Positions 20,361 through 29,370 of a stretch of DNA of 64,000 bases are shown here, one piece after another. Origin of the DNA: a virus. Location: positions 1 through 64,000 of IMG/VR virus record IMGVR_UViG_3300018080_005856. One strand, written 5' to 3'. A model generated the notes under the pieces. That model saw nothing but the letters and a program-made list of their open reading frames with translations. It did no database searches and was not told where the DNA came from. Position 1 is the stretch's first letter. Every line of letters begins with the position of its first letter. The translations under genes were made by a program, and so were the position numbers.

Positions 20361-20867
20361 CTACTCGTGGTCAAAAGTTTGATCACTAGTGCTGTTACTA
20401 GACGTGGAATATATTATATTACCACTGTCTATTTGGTCATATGGCCCGTGTGGAGCTATGACTGGGTATTCTATTACAGAACCAGGGTAACTTATTGCGG
20501 GTGCACCAGAGTCATCAAAGGTAGTCCTATCCCATGTCTGTGTTCCTACGCTGGTTGTACCATTTACAAGCAGATCAACCATTTTCTCGAGCTTGTCAAG
20601 TTTGTCCATAACATCTTTTAACCTCAGAATGTCAAATGGACTGGTTTCCATCACAGCAGCTGGACTATGTCCTACTTGTTTGAATGCCTTTGCCAGATCT
20701 TTCAGATCTGCCTTTGGGTTTCCAGATAGATGTCGGTAAAGGTCTAATACTGCTTTTTCGTTCATGTTACTCCCTCCCGGGTATAATATGAAATTATACC
20801 CTCCTGGGGATTTATATGCAAGCAATATTTTGGTGGGTTGTTTATGTGGCAAGACCTCTAATAGCAT
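20361..20867 (-). CDS. Hypothetical protein (true start probably near 20765)
   Basis: GGGAG RBS before MNEKAV. Confidence 0.55.
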   Translation of the reverse strand: MLLEVLPHKQPTKILLAYKSPGGYNFILYPGGSNMNEKAVLDLYRHLSGNPKADLKDLAKAFKQVGHSPAAVMETSPFDILRLKDVMDKLDKLEKMVDLLVNGTTSVGTQTWDRTTFDDSGAPAISYPGSVIEYPVIAPHGPYDQIDSGNIIYSTSSNSTSDQTFDHE

Positions 20868-21708
20868 CGAACACGTTTACGGATTCGAAATCTTTCTCTC
20901 CTCTCAGGAACGATACAGCTTTCTCGGCACGTGATGCTGCGTATATTATCAGGTTCTCATTTTCCTCCATAGCATTGCACCATCCGTTTATGACATGTAG
21001 AGCTGTATCCCCAATCCTATCTTCCCATGTCATATTATACGCTTTGAGAATCATGGCACTTCCTATTTCGGATATGAGTCTTTCCATCCCGAACCTATTT
21101 GTATCCTCAGGGTCCCTTCCCTTTATCCTATCTTTCCCTGACGTCCAACGTACTAATGCACTGGTGAGATCATAATAGTACTCGTTCACATCATCGAAGT
21201 CCTCTTTTGGGGGAGTAAAGATAGTATCTGTCTCTGGGTCGTACTTTGCTACAGTAAGGTTGTCTCTAACCTGGAAGTTTGCACCAGATCTAAATACAAA
21301 TTCATCTATGGGGATATCGGGAGTCATATCAAGAGGAGAAATATCCTGATCGAAATCTATTATATTATCTATTCCAATCACGTTATAGAATCTCAGGACT
21401 GGTATTTTCTGTACTTCTGGTTTACCGTTCACTATATTCCCGGTTTCCTTCTCATATATCTTCCAGAAAGTTATTATAGGTTTATTGCATCCGGCGTCGT
21501 ATACCTTCCCCAGGGACTTTATCTCCTTTCTTGTTAGATAAAACCTGTTGTCATCTCCAGACAAAAGCAGCTGGTTCAGAACACTATACGGTTTTCTTCT
21601 GTTAAAGTTGCACTTATCTAATCCAAACCTCTTTGACTTCCATACTAGAGTCTGTTCATTCCTCATTATCTCTATTATGGATCTTGTTACTATTTCACTT
21701 ACAGACAT
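20842..21708 (-). CDS. ArdC-like antirestriction/ssDNA-binding protein (DUF1738 plus zincin-like domain)
   Basis: PYSVLNQLLL, FYLTRKEI, IPVLRFYNV, YDPETDTI..P...F, ERLISEIGSA, IIYAASRAEKAV. Confidence 0.75.
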   Translation of the reverse strand: MSVSEIVTRSIIEIMRNEQTLVWKSKRFGLDKCNFNRRKPYSVLNQLLLSGDDNRFYLTRKEIKSLGKVYDAGCNKPIITFWKIYEKETGNIVNGKPEVQKIPVLRFYNVIGIDNIIDFDQDISPLDMTPDIPIDEFVFRSGANFQVRDNLTVAKYDPETDTIFTPPKEDFDDVNEYYYDLTSALVRWTSGKDRIKGRDPEDTNRFGMERLISEIGSAMILKAYNMTWEDRIGDTALHVINGWCNAMEENENLIIYAASRAEKAVSFLRGEKDFESVNVFDAIRGLAT

Positions 21709-21720
21709 GTTAACCTCCCG

Positions 21721-22113
21721 TTAACAGAACTCCTCTCCTATCATATGAGTAAATTGTATTGGACATCCGGCTAGAATTTCCTCAAACTTCTTTACAGAGA
21801 GTCGTCTTCCATACTCATCTCTGATTGGGCGCCATCTCCATTTTGATATATCCAATATGATCTGCTTATCTACTGCCCATGTGAATGAACAGCATAGTCT
21901 TATTCCATGCATATCGTTAGCTAAAAGTACTGTTTCTCCGAGCACGGGCTTGTGGCATATTGGACATTCGTCCCACCACTCTACGTTTGCACCATGGTGT
22001 ACCTTTTCCTGGCCCTCTTTACATAGAGTAATCTTGCAATCCCAGCAATATGGACCAGCCCCTGACCTCTTTCCTATGTGTGTTCCATCGTACGTATAGA
22101 AATTAGTTCCCAT
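21721..22113 (-). CDS. Hypothetical Cys-rich protein
   Basis: MGTNFY...HIGKRSG, two CxxC pairs. Confidence 0.7.
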   Translation of the reverse strand: MGTNFYTYDGTHIGKRSGAGPYCWDCKITLCKEGQEKVHHGANVEWWDECPICHKPVLGETVLLANDMHGIRLCCSFTWAVDKQIILDISKWRWRPIRDEYGRRLSVKKFEEILAGCPIQFTHMIGEEFC

Positions 22114-22140
22114 ACTATTACTCCTATGTTATTATTCTCA

Positions 22141-22545
22141 TTATGCTGAAGCGTGAAAGGGAGAGACAAATCTATTATTATGGTAATCTTCGTGAATGTG
22201 TCTAACATCGCGCCACAAGAACTGATCTTCTATGGCATTAGGATTACGTTTTCTGATGTACCATATATGACCTATATTAACTAATACCCTCTTCAGCGTC
22301 TTTACTCCCTTGGAATCCGTTTCTTCCACTGCTATAACTATATCAGGAGTTGGTACATCAACAACACCAATATCACATACTATCCCCTCTATGGATGTAA
22401 TCTGTTCATTATCCCTGCCATATCCATTTGGTATTATCCTCACAATAGCTTCCTCTTCAATGCATTTGGCTAGCATGTCTACATGATGTCTATACTTCAA
22501 TAGAAACATCATACCACATGTATCTGCTATCTGTTTGTATATCAT
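22141..22545 (-). CDS. Hypothetical protein, possibly Sm/Hfq-like (weakest member)
   Basis: AGGAG RBS at the 22545 ATG. SIEGIVCDI...VNIGHIWYI pattern. Confidence 0.4.
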   Translation of the reverse strand: MIYKQIADTCGMMFLLKYRHHVDMLAKCIEEEAIVRIIPNGYGRDNEQITSIEGIVCDIGVVDVPTPDIVIAVEETDSKGVKTLKRVLVNIGHIWYIRKRNPNAIEDQFLWRDVRHIHEDYHNNRFVSPFHASA

Positions 22546-22710
22546 GCACGTTTCTCCTGCTACCAGGAAATATGGAACCCCATGATTCCAGCTATTATGA
22601 GTATCCATCCTATTAGGAGAGCGGTATCTGAGTGAAATATGAGCAGTATTGCTATTCCTATGCACGTGAATAATCCGCCAGGTATATACACTTTCATGTC
22701 CCCTCCTTTA

Positions 22711-23226
22711 TCAGGCCCACGGGTCTGCCTCTTTCCTTCTCTTGCTGCCCGGGAATAGATCTATCATGCTGAGAACCTTCTCATGCATCACATCAAAAAG
22801 ATGGTCATAATGCCTATCCTGGAAAGTCTCCATGCTTGTCATAAGTCCTTTGTCTGTCCATACACATCGCTTAGGGGTGGCCGGCACTACGGGCATTTCC
22901 ACGCCCATATTGGACCCCACACTCTGGAATTCTTCTTTCTGCTTCTCAGCTTCATCTAGATCTTTCCAGTATTGTTTCCATTTCTTCTTCCATGATATTT
23001 CTATAAACTCATGATGGGGTAGGAGCTTCACATAATACCCACCGTCCTTATCACTTATATAGAACTCCATTCTCCTTGTGTCTGTAAACCCAAGAGCTAT
23101 AAGATCTGTCAGGGGGAGATCTTCTATTCCCGCTCCTCCCAGTTTTCGCATAAGATCGCTGGGGTGAGGAAGTTTCACCTCTTCTGGTTCTTGCCCCAGT
23201 ATGGGCAAGCTTTCTTCATTTATCAT
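22711..23226 (-). CDS. Hypothetical protein
   Basis: ORF in a co-oriented run. Confidence 0.7.
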   Translation of the reverse strand: MINEESLPILGQEPEEVKLPHPSDLMRKLGGAGIEDLPLTDLIALGFTDTRRMEFYISDKDGGYYVKLLPHHEFIEISWKKKWKQYWKDLDEAEKQKEEFQSVGSNMGVEMPVVPATPKRCVWTDKGLMTSMETFQDRHYDHLFDVMHEKVLSMIDLFPGSKRRKEADPWA

Positions 23227-23439
23227 GTTATAATTCCTTAGTAGAAAGAGTGTATCCCATGAGAGAAGGCACGAAGCGGTTCTCCCATGAGAATAGCGAA
23301 CATATTCTAAATGGAGGTACCCTATGGGCTTAACCAGTCTATCGATCAGGCTATTATCATAGGTGTCGATTATGTATATTTAGGAGATACCGCTGCCTTT
23401 ACCCGCACGGTATCCGGTAAACCGCATTGATTGTTGGAT

Positions 23440-23622
23440 CTAGCCTTTTCTGCCTGTCCCTGCCCCGCGGCCCCCGCCGCGACCGTAACCCGGGCCACCC
23501 CTGGAGCATCCCCCTGTATTTCTTCCGAGGCCACGTCCTGCTCCTCTTCCGATGCCTCTCCCAGTTCCTCTCCTGGTGCTGCCCTGTCTCCTTGGTCTTG
23601 GTGTGGTTGGCCTAGTTGCCAT
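23440..23622 (-). CDS. 60-aa Arg/Gly-rich basic protein
   Basis: AGGAG RBS. GRGIGRGAGRGLGR...GRGGGRG. Lies just downstream of the CAT tRNA. Confidence 0.6.
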   Translation of the reverse strand: MATRPTTPRPRRQGSTRRGTGRGIGRGAGRGLGRNTGGCSRGGPGYGRGGGRGAGTGRKG

Positions 23623-23645
23623 TTTGCAACTCCTATATTGATGAT

Positions 23646-23719
23646 TGGCAGGGGTGGGACTTGAACCCACGACCTCAAGATCATGAATCTTGCGTTCTAA
23701 CCAGCTGAACTACCCTGCT
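23646..23719 (-). tRNA. tRNA with CAT anticodon (Met or Ile2), no encoded CCA
   Basis: Cloverleaf AGCAGGG-TA-GTTC/GAAC-CAAGA TTCATGA TCTTG-GTGGG TTCAAGT CCCAC-CCCTGCC-A. Confidence 0.9.
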
Positions 23720-24263
23720 CTATATCATCTTCAACAGTTTCCAGACTGTTGCTGATGTTATCTATTATTATATCATGCACTACCATATTTACAAGCAAAC
23801 ATAATCCAAACACAATGCCCATAGCTATGGACAGCGTTTCTATACCACAATTATACAGCAAAATATATATAGCTATTTTACTCATATGATCAAGCAGTGA
23901 TCCTACAGACGGCTCCAAATGATACCATATGGCCACAAGTCCCGGGTATTCTGCTGCATGTTCTATTTTACCACTAGCCACAGGTAAAGCTTCCCTTGCC
24001 ATTACGTATGTTGCAAACACTATGATTATTAACGATACTACCTGTGCCGTTGCTACTATTGGTACAGCTATATGCGGTATTAGCCCTGATGGGATAAGTG
24101 ACAATAATACTATTTCTAGCACTCTTAGGAATAGCCCGTACACTGGAGTAAGGCCCACTACTGCTCTAGTTGATAGTTCATAGTGGTACTTATCAGCTAT
24201 TCTGACTAGGAAATCATCAGCTTCAGTGTCTAGCCTGTGAATCAGGAACTTTAATACTCGCAT
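23697..24263 (-). CDS. Membrane protein (paralogue of 24223-24822)
   Basis: About 4 TM segments. ILLYNCG motif. Confidence 0.65.
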   Translation of the reverse strand: MRVLKFLIHRLDTEADDFLVRIADKYHYELSTRAVVGLTPVYGLFLRVLEIVLLSLIPSGLIPHIAVPIVATAQVVSLIIIVFATYVMAREALPVASGKIEHAAEYPGLVAIWYHLEPSVGSLLDHMSKIAIYILLYNCGIETLSIAMGIVFGLCLLVNMVVHDIIIDNISNSLETVEDDIEQGSSAG

Positions 24264-24822
24264 TCTTTGCTTTCTCCATATATGTAGTAGTTTCCCTGTG
24301 TCTTATTATCATATCTATATTCCGTAAAGCGGTTTCTACATACACTAATGACACAAATACATTTACGATGTACATCAAAAGAAGGATGGTGCTTTCTACT
24401 GGGTACCCACACTCATGGAGCAGTATTATAGTTGCTAAGCCCATGAACAGTCTTACTACTCTCGGAACTGACACAGCCAATCTGCGTAGTGCAATAAACA
24501 TATTTCCACATCTAGTAGGATTGCTAATCGTATCTTCCACCAGGTCTGGAACATTTCTATACATAAATACAAGTGCAGTATATTCCATGGTAGTAGCAAC
24601 TAATACTATCCATAGCATAGTATGTATTACACTAGCTATCCAGTCAGGGTACCCCATAAACAGAACTCCAAGGAGGAGGAACACAGCAATTGCCGGTTCA
24701 GCCAGCATAAGGAGTCTTACAATAATCCCTCGTCTTATAACTATCTGAGCTCTATTATTCAGGATGTTGTCTCTATTTAGCCTTCCTAATGCAACTATCA
24801 CATCTGACTTAGTATGTAGCAT
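24223..24822 (-). CDS. Membrane protein
   Basis: About 4 TM segments. ILLHECG motif. RBS. Confidence 0.65.
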   Translation of the reverse strand: MLHTKSDVIVALGRLNRDNILNNRAQIVIRRGIIVRLLMLAEPAIAVFLLLGVLFMGYPDWIASVIHTMLWIVLVATTMEYTALVFMYRNVPDLVEDTISNPTRCGNMFIALRRLAVSVPRVVRLFMGLATIILLHECGYPVESTILLLMYIVNVFVSLVYVETALRNIDMIIRHRETTTYMEKAKNASIKVPDSQARH

Positions 24823-24829
24823 TACTACC

Positions 24830-25015
24830 TCACATGAATAGGACTACTGCCATAAGGGCCAGTCCTCCTATAATTATAACAGCATGCTCTATGTATCTGT
24901 TTCTATACATTGGACAGTCTCCATACCGGTTCATATAGAAGTTATTACTGACGTCGTATGTAGAATTATCTGTACCAAGAACACAGCTTTTAGTGCAATG
25001 TTTACATTTTCCCAT
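24830..25015 (-). CDS. Small Cys-rich protein with a C-terminal TM segment
   Basis: CKHC..C...C and a hydrophobic tail. Confidence 0.55.
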   Translation of the reverse strand: MGKCKHCTKSCVLGTDNSTYDVSNNFYMNRYGDCPMYRNRYIEHAVIIIGGLALMAVVLFM

Positions 25016-25445
25016 CTTCGCTCGTCTCCTCAGATATTATGTCTGATACCTTCAACTCGCCAGTTTTATCAACAGTCATCACTCTTACTGGTCCTCCTAT
25101 TTGTCCCAGTACGATAACGTCAGTACCATCTTTATCTGTAACTCCCATCTTGTCCAGCTCTTTTTCAACTGTATACATCCTGGGGGTTATCACTCGTTTC
25201 ACGACCATCCAGTTCTTTACTGGCCCCCATATGAATCTTTTCACCAGGGTATCAATAACTAGAGGTATCCATACGCCTTTATATACCCCCAATATAATGC
25301 ATGCTATCAGTACCATATCTGGAGCATATATTACGAGACTGGGTTTGTCCTCGTTGTTCATTACATCAGTATGATGGTAGGCGCTCATTAGAAGTGATAG
25401 GACACTCAACGTGCCCAGTATCACTATTATATAGATATTGTACAC
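25002..25445 (-). CDS. Membrane protein
   Basis: N-terminal TM segments. GAGGAGG RBS with GTG start. Confidence 0.65.
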   Translation of the reverse strand: MYNIYIIVILGTLSVLSLLMSAYHHTDVMNNEDKPSLVIYAPDMVLIACIILGVYKGVWIPLVIDTLVKRFIWGPVKNWMVVKRVITPRMYTVEKELDKMGVTDKDGTDVIVLGQIGGPVRVMTVDKTGELKVSDIISEETSEDGKM

Positions 25446-25732
25446 TAATCCTCCTCGTAGTTCTTAAGCTGAACATATTCAGATGCATCGTTGTTCCAGA
25501 CGTATACTGTACAACCGTAAGATCTCTTAAGAATCCATCCTATTTCCATACTATACCTTGTAGCTATAGTGTCATCCAGGTATATTGTTCTATGCATTAT
25601 CATGGGGCCTATCTGATTTATGCTCTCCTTCAGAGCCTGAACAAGTTCTCCTACATTGTAATCCAACTTCTCCATTCTGAGACCGACGGTGAGATCCCCA
25701 TCTTCGTTTCTTTCAAGGCTTATGAAGAACAT
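25445..25732 (-). CDS. Hypothetical protein
   Basis: ORF with RBS. Confidence 0.6.
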   Translation of the reverse strand: MFFISLERNEDGDLTVGLRMEKLDYNVGELVQALKESINQIGPMIMHRTIYLDDTIATRYSMEIGWILKRSYGCTVYVWNNDASEYVQLKNYEED

Positions 25733-25733
25733 G

Positions 25734-26006
25734 TTACTTTGCCTCCTTCAAGTGTGAGATAAAGAACCCGGTTAGCTTCATACATATTCTAGCTGCCGCC
25801 TTCTCTTTGCTCTCATCTGTGAACACGAGCTTATGCGAAGTGTAACCGTCCTGCATTCCCTCAATCTCATAATACAATTCATCGATTGCATCGTCTATAT
25901 CAAGTAGGAAATCTTGCATATCGGCCTCCGTAAAAGAGAGCAGGTGGGTGTTCCTGCTCTCTGACTGAACGAATGGTGTTACGCTCGGTCTTATAGTGTA
26001 ATCCAA
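25734..26006 (-). CDS. Hypothetical protein
   Basis: ORF downstream of a TGCTATAAT extended -10 element. Confidence 0.55.
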   Translation of the reverse strand: MDYTIRPSVTPFVQSESRNTHLLSFTEADMQDFLLDIDDAIDELYYEIEGMQDGYTSHKLVFTDESKEKAAARICMKLTGFFISHLKEAK

Positions 26007-26063
26007 GGGTATAGGAACACCCTGGGGATATTATAGCACGGAGGCTATAGGTAAGCAAAACAA

Positions 26064-26252
26064 CTATCGGATTTCTAGTTCTCGCATGTTGTCTGCCTTT
26101 TGTTTGTTTCTATTGTATGGAATGGCTTTCCAAAGTGGGCATTGAGATCCTGAATCGCTCGAAGTTCTCCCATCTTTGGCCAAGCAAATACCTCCTCCTA
26201 GTGGATCATTCTTCCATTTTAACCAATTCTGGCATCCTCCACATCTCTTCAT
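26064..26252 (-). CDS. Small Cys-rich protein
   Basis: CGGC...C...C. AGGAGG RBS. Confidence 0.6.
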   Translation of the reverse strand: MKRCGGCQNWLKWKNDPLGGGICLAKDGRTSSDSGSQCPLWKAIPYNRNKQKADNMRELEIR

Positions 26253-26272
26253 AGGTATGCCTCCTAGTTTGT

Positions 26273-26698
26273 TTATATGGAAATGATCATTGGTTTCTCA
26301 TCTTCCAAATTCTTGCCTCTTCTATTGACCAGGCTCTTTAACCTATCTGCAAATTCCTGGTCAACGTGGAATATGAACTTGTCTGGATCTACTTCGGTCT
26401 TATGATATGTGAACATATATGCTCTAAATGTGAACCCTCGCAGAGCCAGTACTTCTCCAGTTCTATACATATCACAAGGATCTTCCACTTCTAGCAAATC
26501 CTCATTGTATAGTGATTTCTGTTGGTCTATAACTACTAAGAAGACGTACTCATCTTTGCTTTCCCTCATTTTGTGATGTTCGCTACACACCATCCAGACA
26601 GGAATGTCAGGTCTACTAACATTTCCAACTAATTCCTTACCACATACTGCGCATACAGTCCCGTCAAGTTTCAAGTATCCCTCTTTGGCCATTCTCAA
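26273..26698 (-). CDS. Hypothetical protein with a CxxC...CxxH zinc motif
   Basis: CAVC...CSEH. Confidence 0.65.
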   Translation of the reverse strand: MRMAKEGYLKLDGTVCAVCGKELVGNVSRPDIPVWMVCSEHHKMRESKDEYVFLVVIDQQKSLYNEDLLEVEDPCDMYRTGEVLALRGFTFRAYMFTYHKTEVDPDKFIFHVDQEFADRLKSLVNRRGKNLEDEKPMIISI

Positions 26699-26769
26699 TT
26701 CCTCCCTACTTTAACTTTCATATGATGTACACATCCTCCATGTGTTTATTCCTAGTATTGTTTGGGTAG

Positions 26770-27093
26770 TTATTCTCCCCCAAACTTCATCAGGATAAAC
26801 CCGGCTACTGCTGTAAAGTATCCTATAAACTGCAGGTAGTTGAACCTGGAAGCATCCTTACTAAAGAATAGAAGGGCAACCAGAAACCCACCAGACATAC
26901 ATAGATCATATATAACGGCATCAGCAGTCATAGACTTAGTAAACTTTGACACTACTGCCCAACCAGGGAATAGTCCTGAAACTACTATTAACCAGAACCA
27001 TGTACCAGACTCTGAGTTCTGGTTCTTTACGGACAACCATGCATAAAGCATATAGAATGCGATTACAATAGGGACCCATATAAAGTATGCCAA
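26770..27093 (-). CDS. Small 4-TM membrane protein (SMR/EamA-like size)
   Basis: Four hydrophobic segments. Confidence 0.6.
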   Translation of the reverse strand: MAYFIWVPIVIAFYMLYAWLSVKNQNSESGTWFWLIVVSGLFPGWAVVSKFTKSMTADAVIYDLCMSGGFLVALLFFSKDASRFNYLQFIGYFTAVAGFILMKFGGE

Positions 27094-27104
27094 ATGCTAT
27101 TCTC

Positions 27105-27320
27105 CTATGACCGGGGATTCCTGTTGGACAATTGAAATCTATCTGATACATCGCCCAGACAGTATTCGCTATCCCCTAATGACTTAGCCCTCTCTACCTC
27201 AGTTCTTGTTGCACGTCTGTATGGTGCCCCATCGATATCTTCACTGGTTACTATCGCTTTCCAGAACCGAGATGGGATAAACGCATTTCCCCAATAGTAT
27301 AGTTTCATAGGGCACCCCAT
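27105..27320 (-). CDS. Hypothetical protein
   Basis: ORF in a co-oriented run. Confidence 0.5.
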   Translation of the reverse strand: MGCPMKLYYWGNAFIPSRFWKAIVTSEDIDGAPYRRATRTEVERAKSLGDSEYCLGDVSDRFQLSNRNPRS

Positions 27321-27323
27321 TAT

Positions 27324-27803
27324 CTAGAACTGTCTAGTACAGAATTCATCAGCCGAGTGCGGCCCGCCAGTCTTCTCTTCCTTTTCACTATTTATGGCTG
27401 CTTTCTTTGATAACTTTACTCTGTACTCTTCCAGGTTTATAGTATCCTTGGTCATTTCGTTCCTCTCTATCACCTCATATCTATTACATCCTGTAAGGTA
27501 CTGGGTTATGCGGACTACTATTCCTTTCTTCTTGGATATAACATCCTTTATTTCATCTCCAAGTTCTACTACAAATGGATCAGGATCCTTGGTTGGTTTT
27601 ATCTTCTCTTTCTTCACAAGTTTTAGTAGTGGGCCATCTATCCACTTCCACTTAAGAGAATCTCCTTCTAGTGAGGTAGTATCCTGTACAGCATAGGTAC
27701 TTACCGCCTCTAGTCCTACAGTTCTGGCTCTTATTATGCCAGTAAATCCCGTGATACTGTCTTTTACCTGGTCCCCTAGACCAAACTCAAACTCTTGTTC
27801 CAT
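27324..27803 (-). CDS. Protein with two tandem SH3-like domains
   Basis: Duplicated LGD.(V/I)KD.I....G.I......L.....Y.V. AGGAGG RBS. Confidence 0.7.
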   Translation of the reverse strand: MEQEFEFGLGDQVKDSITGFTGIIRARTVGLEAVSTYAVQDTTSLEGDSLKWKWIDGPLLKLVKKEKIKPTKDPDPFVVELGDEIKDVISKKKGIVVRITQYLTGCNRYEVIERNEMTKDTINLEEYRVKLSKKAAINSEKEEKTGGPHSADEFCTRQF

Positions 27804-27862
27804 GGTACGTCCTCCTAATATTTATTGTTAGCCCTACCTAACTTTTCGCGCGAATTCTGAAA

Positions 27863-28018
27863 AGTGCTTGACACGTCTGTTTTCACTCATATATAGACCT
27901 AGGTACGGGCCTATGAGATTCGGCCTCCAGCCGAATCGGCCCTTGCCCTTAAAACGTGAAGGGGAAAGTCTAGGTATAAATACCTATATATAACAGTGAG
28001 AAATGTTTGTCAAGTATT
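27863..28018. other. Long imperfect inverted repeat with internal hairpins and two facing TTGACA boxes
   Basis: AGTGCTTGACA/TGTCAAGTATT, TCACT/AGTGA, ATATAG/CTATAT, ACCTAG/CTAGGT, GATTCGGC/GCCGAATC. Confidence 0.6.
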
Positions 28019-28085
28019 ATCCAGGTCGGCTCGGTTTTAGCCTCGCCTCCTAGTAAAGATGAGGGCTCTGGGCCCTCTGTAATGA

Positions 28086-28316
28086 TTACACATCGAGTAT
28101 CTGTGCCATCAGCATATCTTTCCTGCAGTCAACGCATACTGTAACAGGTACTTTCACCTTGTTGAATCTTACCTGTTCCGCAGGAGTGAGTATCTTCGAA
28201 GTGCTTCCGAATACACTCTCCATGTTCCCGGTATTCTTCTCAGTTATTTTAGCTCCGCATACTTTACACTTCATTGTTCCTCCGAACAACATCCGTGTTT
28301 GTTTTTGCGCTTCCAT
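28086..28316 (-). CDS. Small zinc-finger protein (start probably at MKCKVC)
   Basis: CKVC...CVDC. Confidence 0.6.
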   Translation of the reverse strand: MEAQKQTRMLFGGTMKCKVCGAKITEKNTGNMESVFGSTSKILTPAEQVRFNKVKVPVTVCVDCRKDMLMAQILDV

Positions 28317-28342
28317 GACTATATGTATGGAAAGCCTTGTTC

Positions 28343-28576
28343 TTACTTGAATAGGGCTTCCTCCTGGGTTTCATCATGGGCGGGGATGTACATTATCCCA
28401 AACTTGTTCTGGAACCTTTTCAGTTGTTCCTTTGCCTCACGTAGTTCATTGAAACAATCCTTGCAAAGAACAGTAAATGACTCGTCGCTATGACCAGTAT
28501 AAGTGGAATTGGAACAGCCATCGTTGTCGCATTCTATACACAGTGTTGGCTCGGATGCTTCTAGTTCTATACTCAT
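28343..28576 (-). CDS. Small Cys-rich protein
   Basis: CIEC...LCKDC. GGAGG RBS. Confidence 0.6.
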   Translation of the reverse strand: MSIELEASEPTLCIECDNDGCSNSTYTGHSDESFTVLCKDCFNELREAKEQLKRFQNKFGIMYIPAHDETQEEALFK

Positions 28577-28592
28577 ATGTTTCCTCCAATGT

Positions 28593-28975
28593 TGTATAAT
28601 GCAGAATCTGTAGAGGAGGACTTTCTCTTCTCCTTATCATGATCGCTACACGATTCGAATCAGATTCAGATCTAGGGTTCTTTCTAATCGGCTTCCGATT
28701 AGACAGTTTTGGCAACGCAGCATCTGCGTTTTATAAACATTCTGCATTGTGTATTGTTGGAACCTGTTTTCCTGCATTATAACCAAGGAAGAGGGCGAAT
28801 TTCGGAAATTCGTAGTTAAACGAATTATAATTTGACGGCACCGTAGCGGTTCCATGATGCGTTCCAACAAACTAGAATCCAGTAGTATCTACTGACTGCA
28901 GGCAGCCAGGCCCCAGGATCCACTGGAGATTCGTCCGGATGGCCCGTCAGGATCATAGATCCTTGTTTCATATGA
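28593..28975 (+). ncRNA. Candidate ~380-nt highly structured element, antisense to flanking genes
   Basis: No credible ORF. Many stems, whose G-T wobble pairs consistently favour the + strand. Confidence 0.55.
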
Positions 28976-29001
28976 GTACCGTAACAGTACTGTATACCAT
29001 T

Positions 29002-29337
29002 CTAGTTTGTATCATCAAGTGAAGATTCATAGTTTTCCAGAAGAAGCCTCAATATGGGCTCTAGTTTCTTATCCTTCTGTTGTAGTGTGAATACCAGTAT
29101 TCTACATTTGCCCAACTCGTTCTTCAGCTCGCTCTTCTCATCACTCAGTTGATCTATTATCTTCTCTTTGTCACATATCTCAACATGACATATGGTAGTA
29201 GCATAATATAGAGATCCCAACTCATAGCCGGCACTGATGGCACCACTAACCACTATGACTATTGAAGATATTATTCCCCATATAGCTCTGATACTGAGCT
29301 TTGATAGCAGACTGCGTATAGGTTCATTCTCTTTCAT
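29002..29337 (-). CDS. Membrane-anchored coiled-coil protein
   Basis: One TM segment plus a heptad region. TAGTATAAT -10 element just upstream. Confidence 0.6.
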   Translation of the reverse strand: MKENEPIRSLLSKLSIRAIWGIISSIVIVVSGAISAGYELGSLYYATTICHVEICDKEKIIDQLSDEKSELKNELGKCRILVFTLQQKDKKLEPILRLLLENYESSLDDTN

Positions 29338-29370
29338 TCCACTATTATACTACAAAAGATGGAGAGGAAA

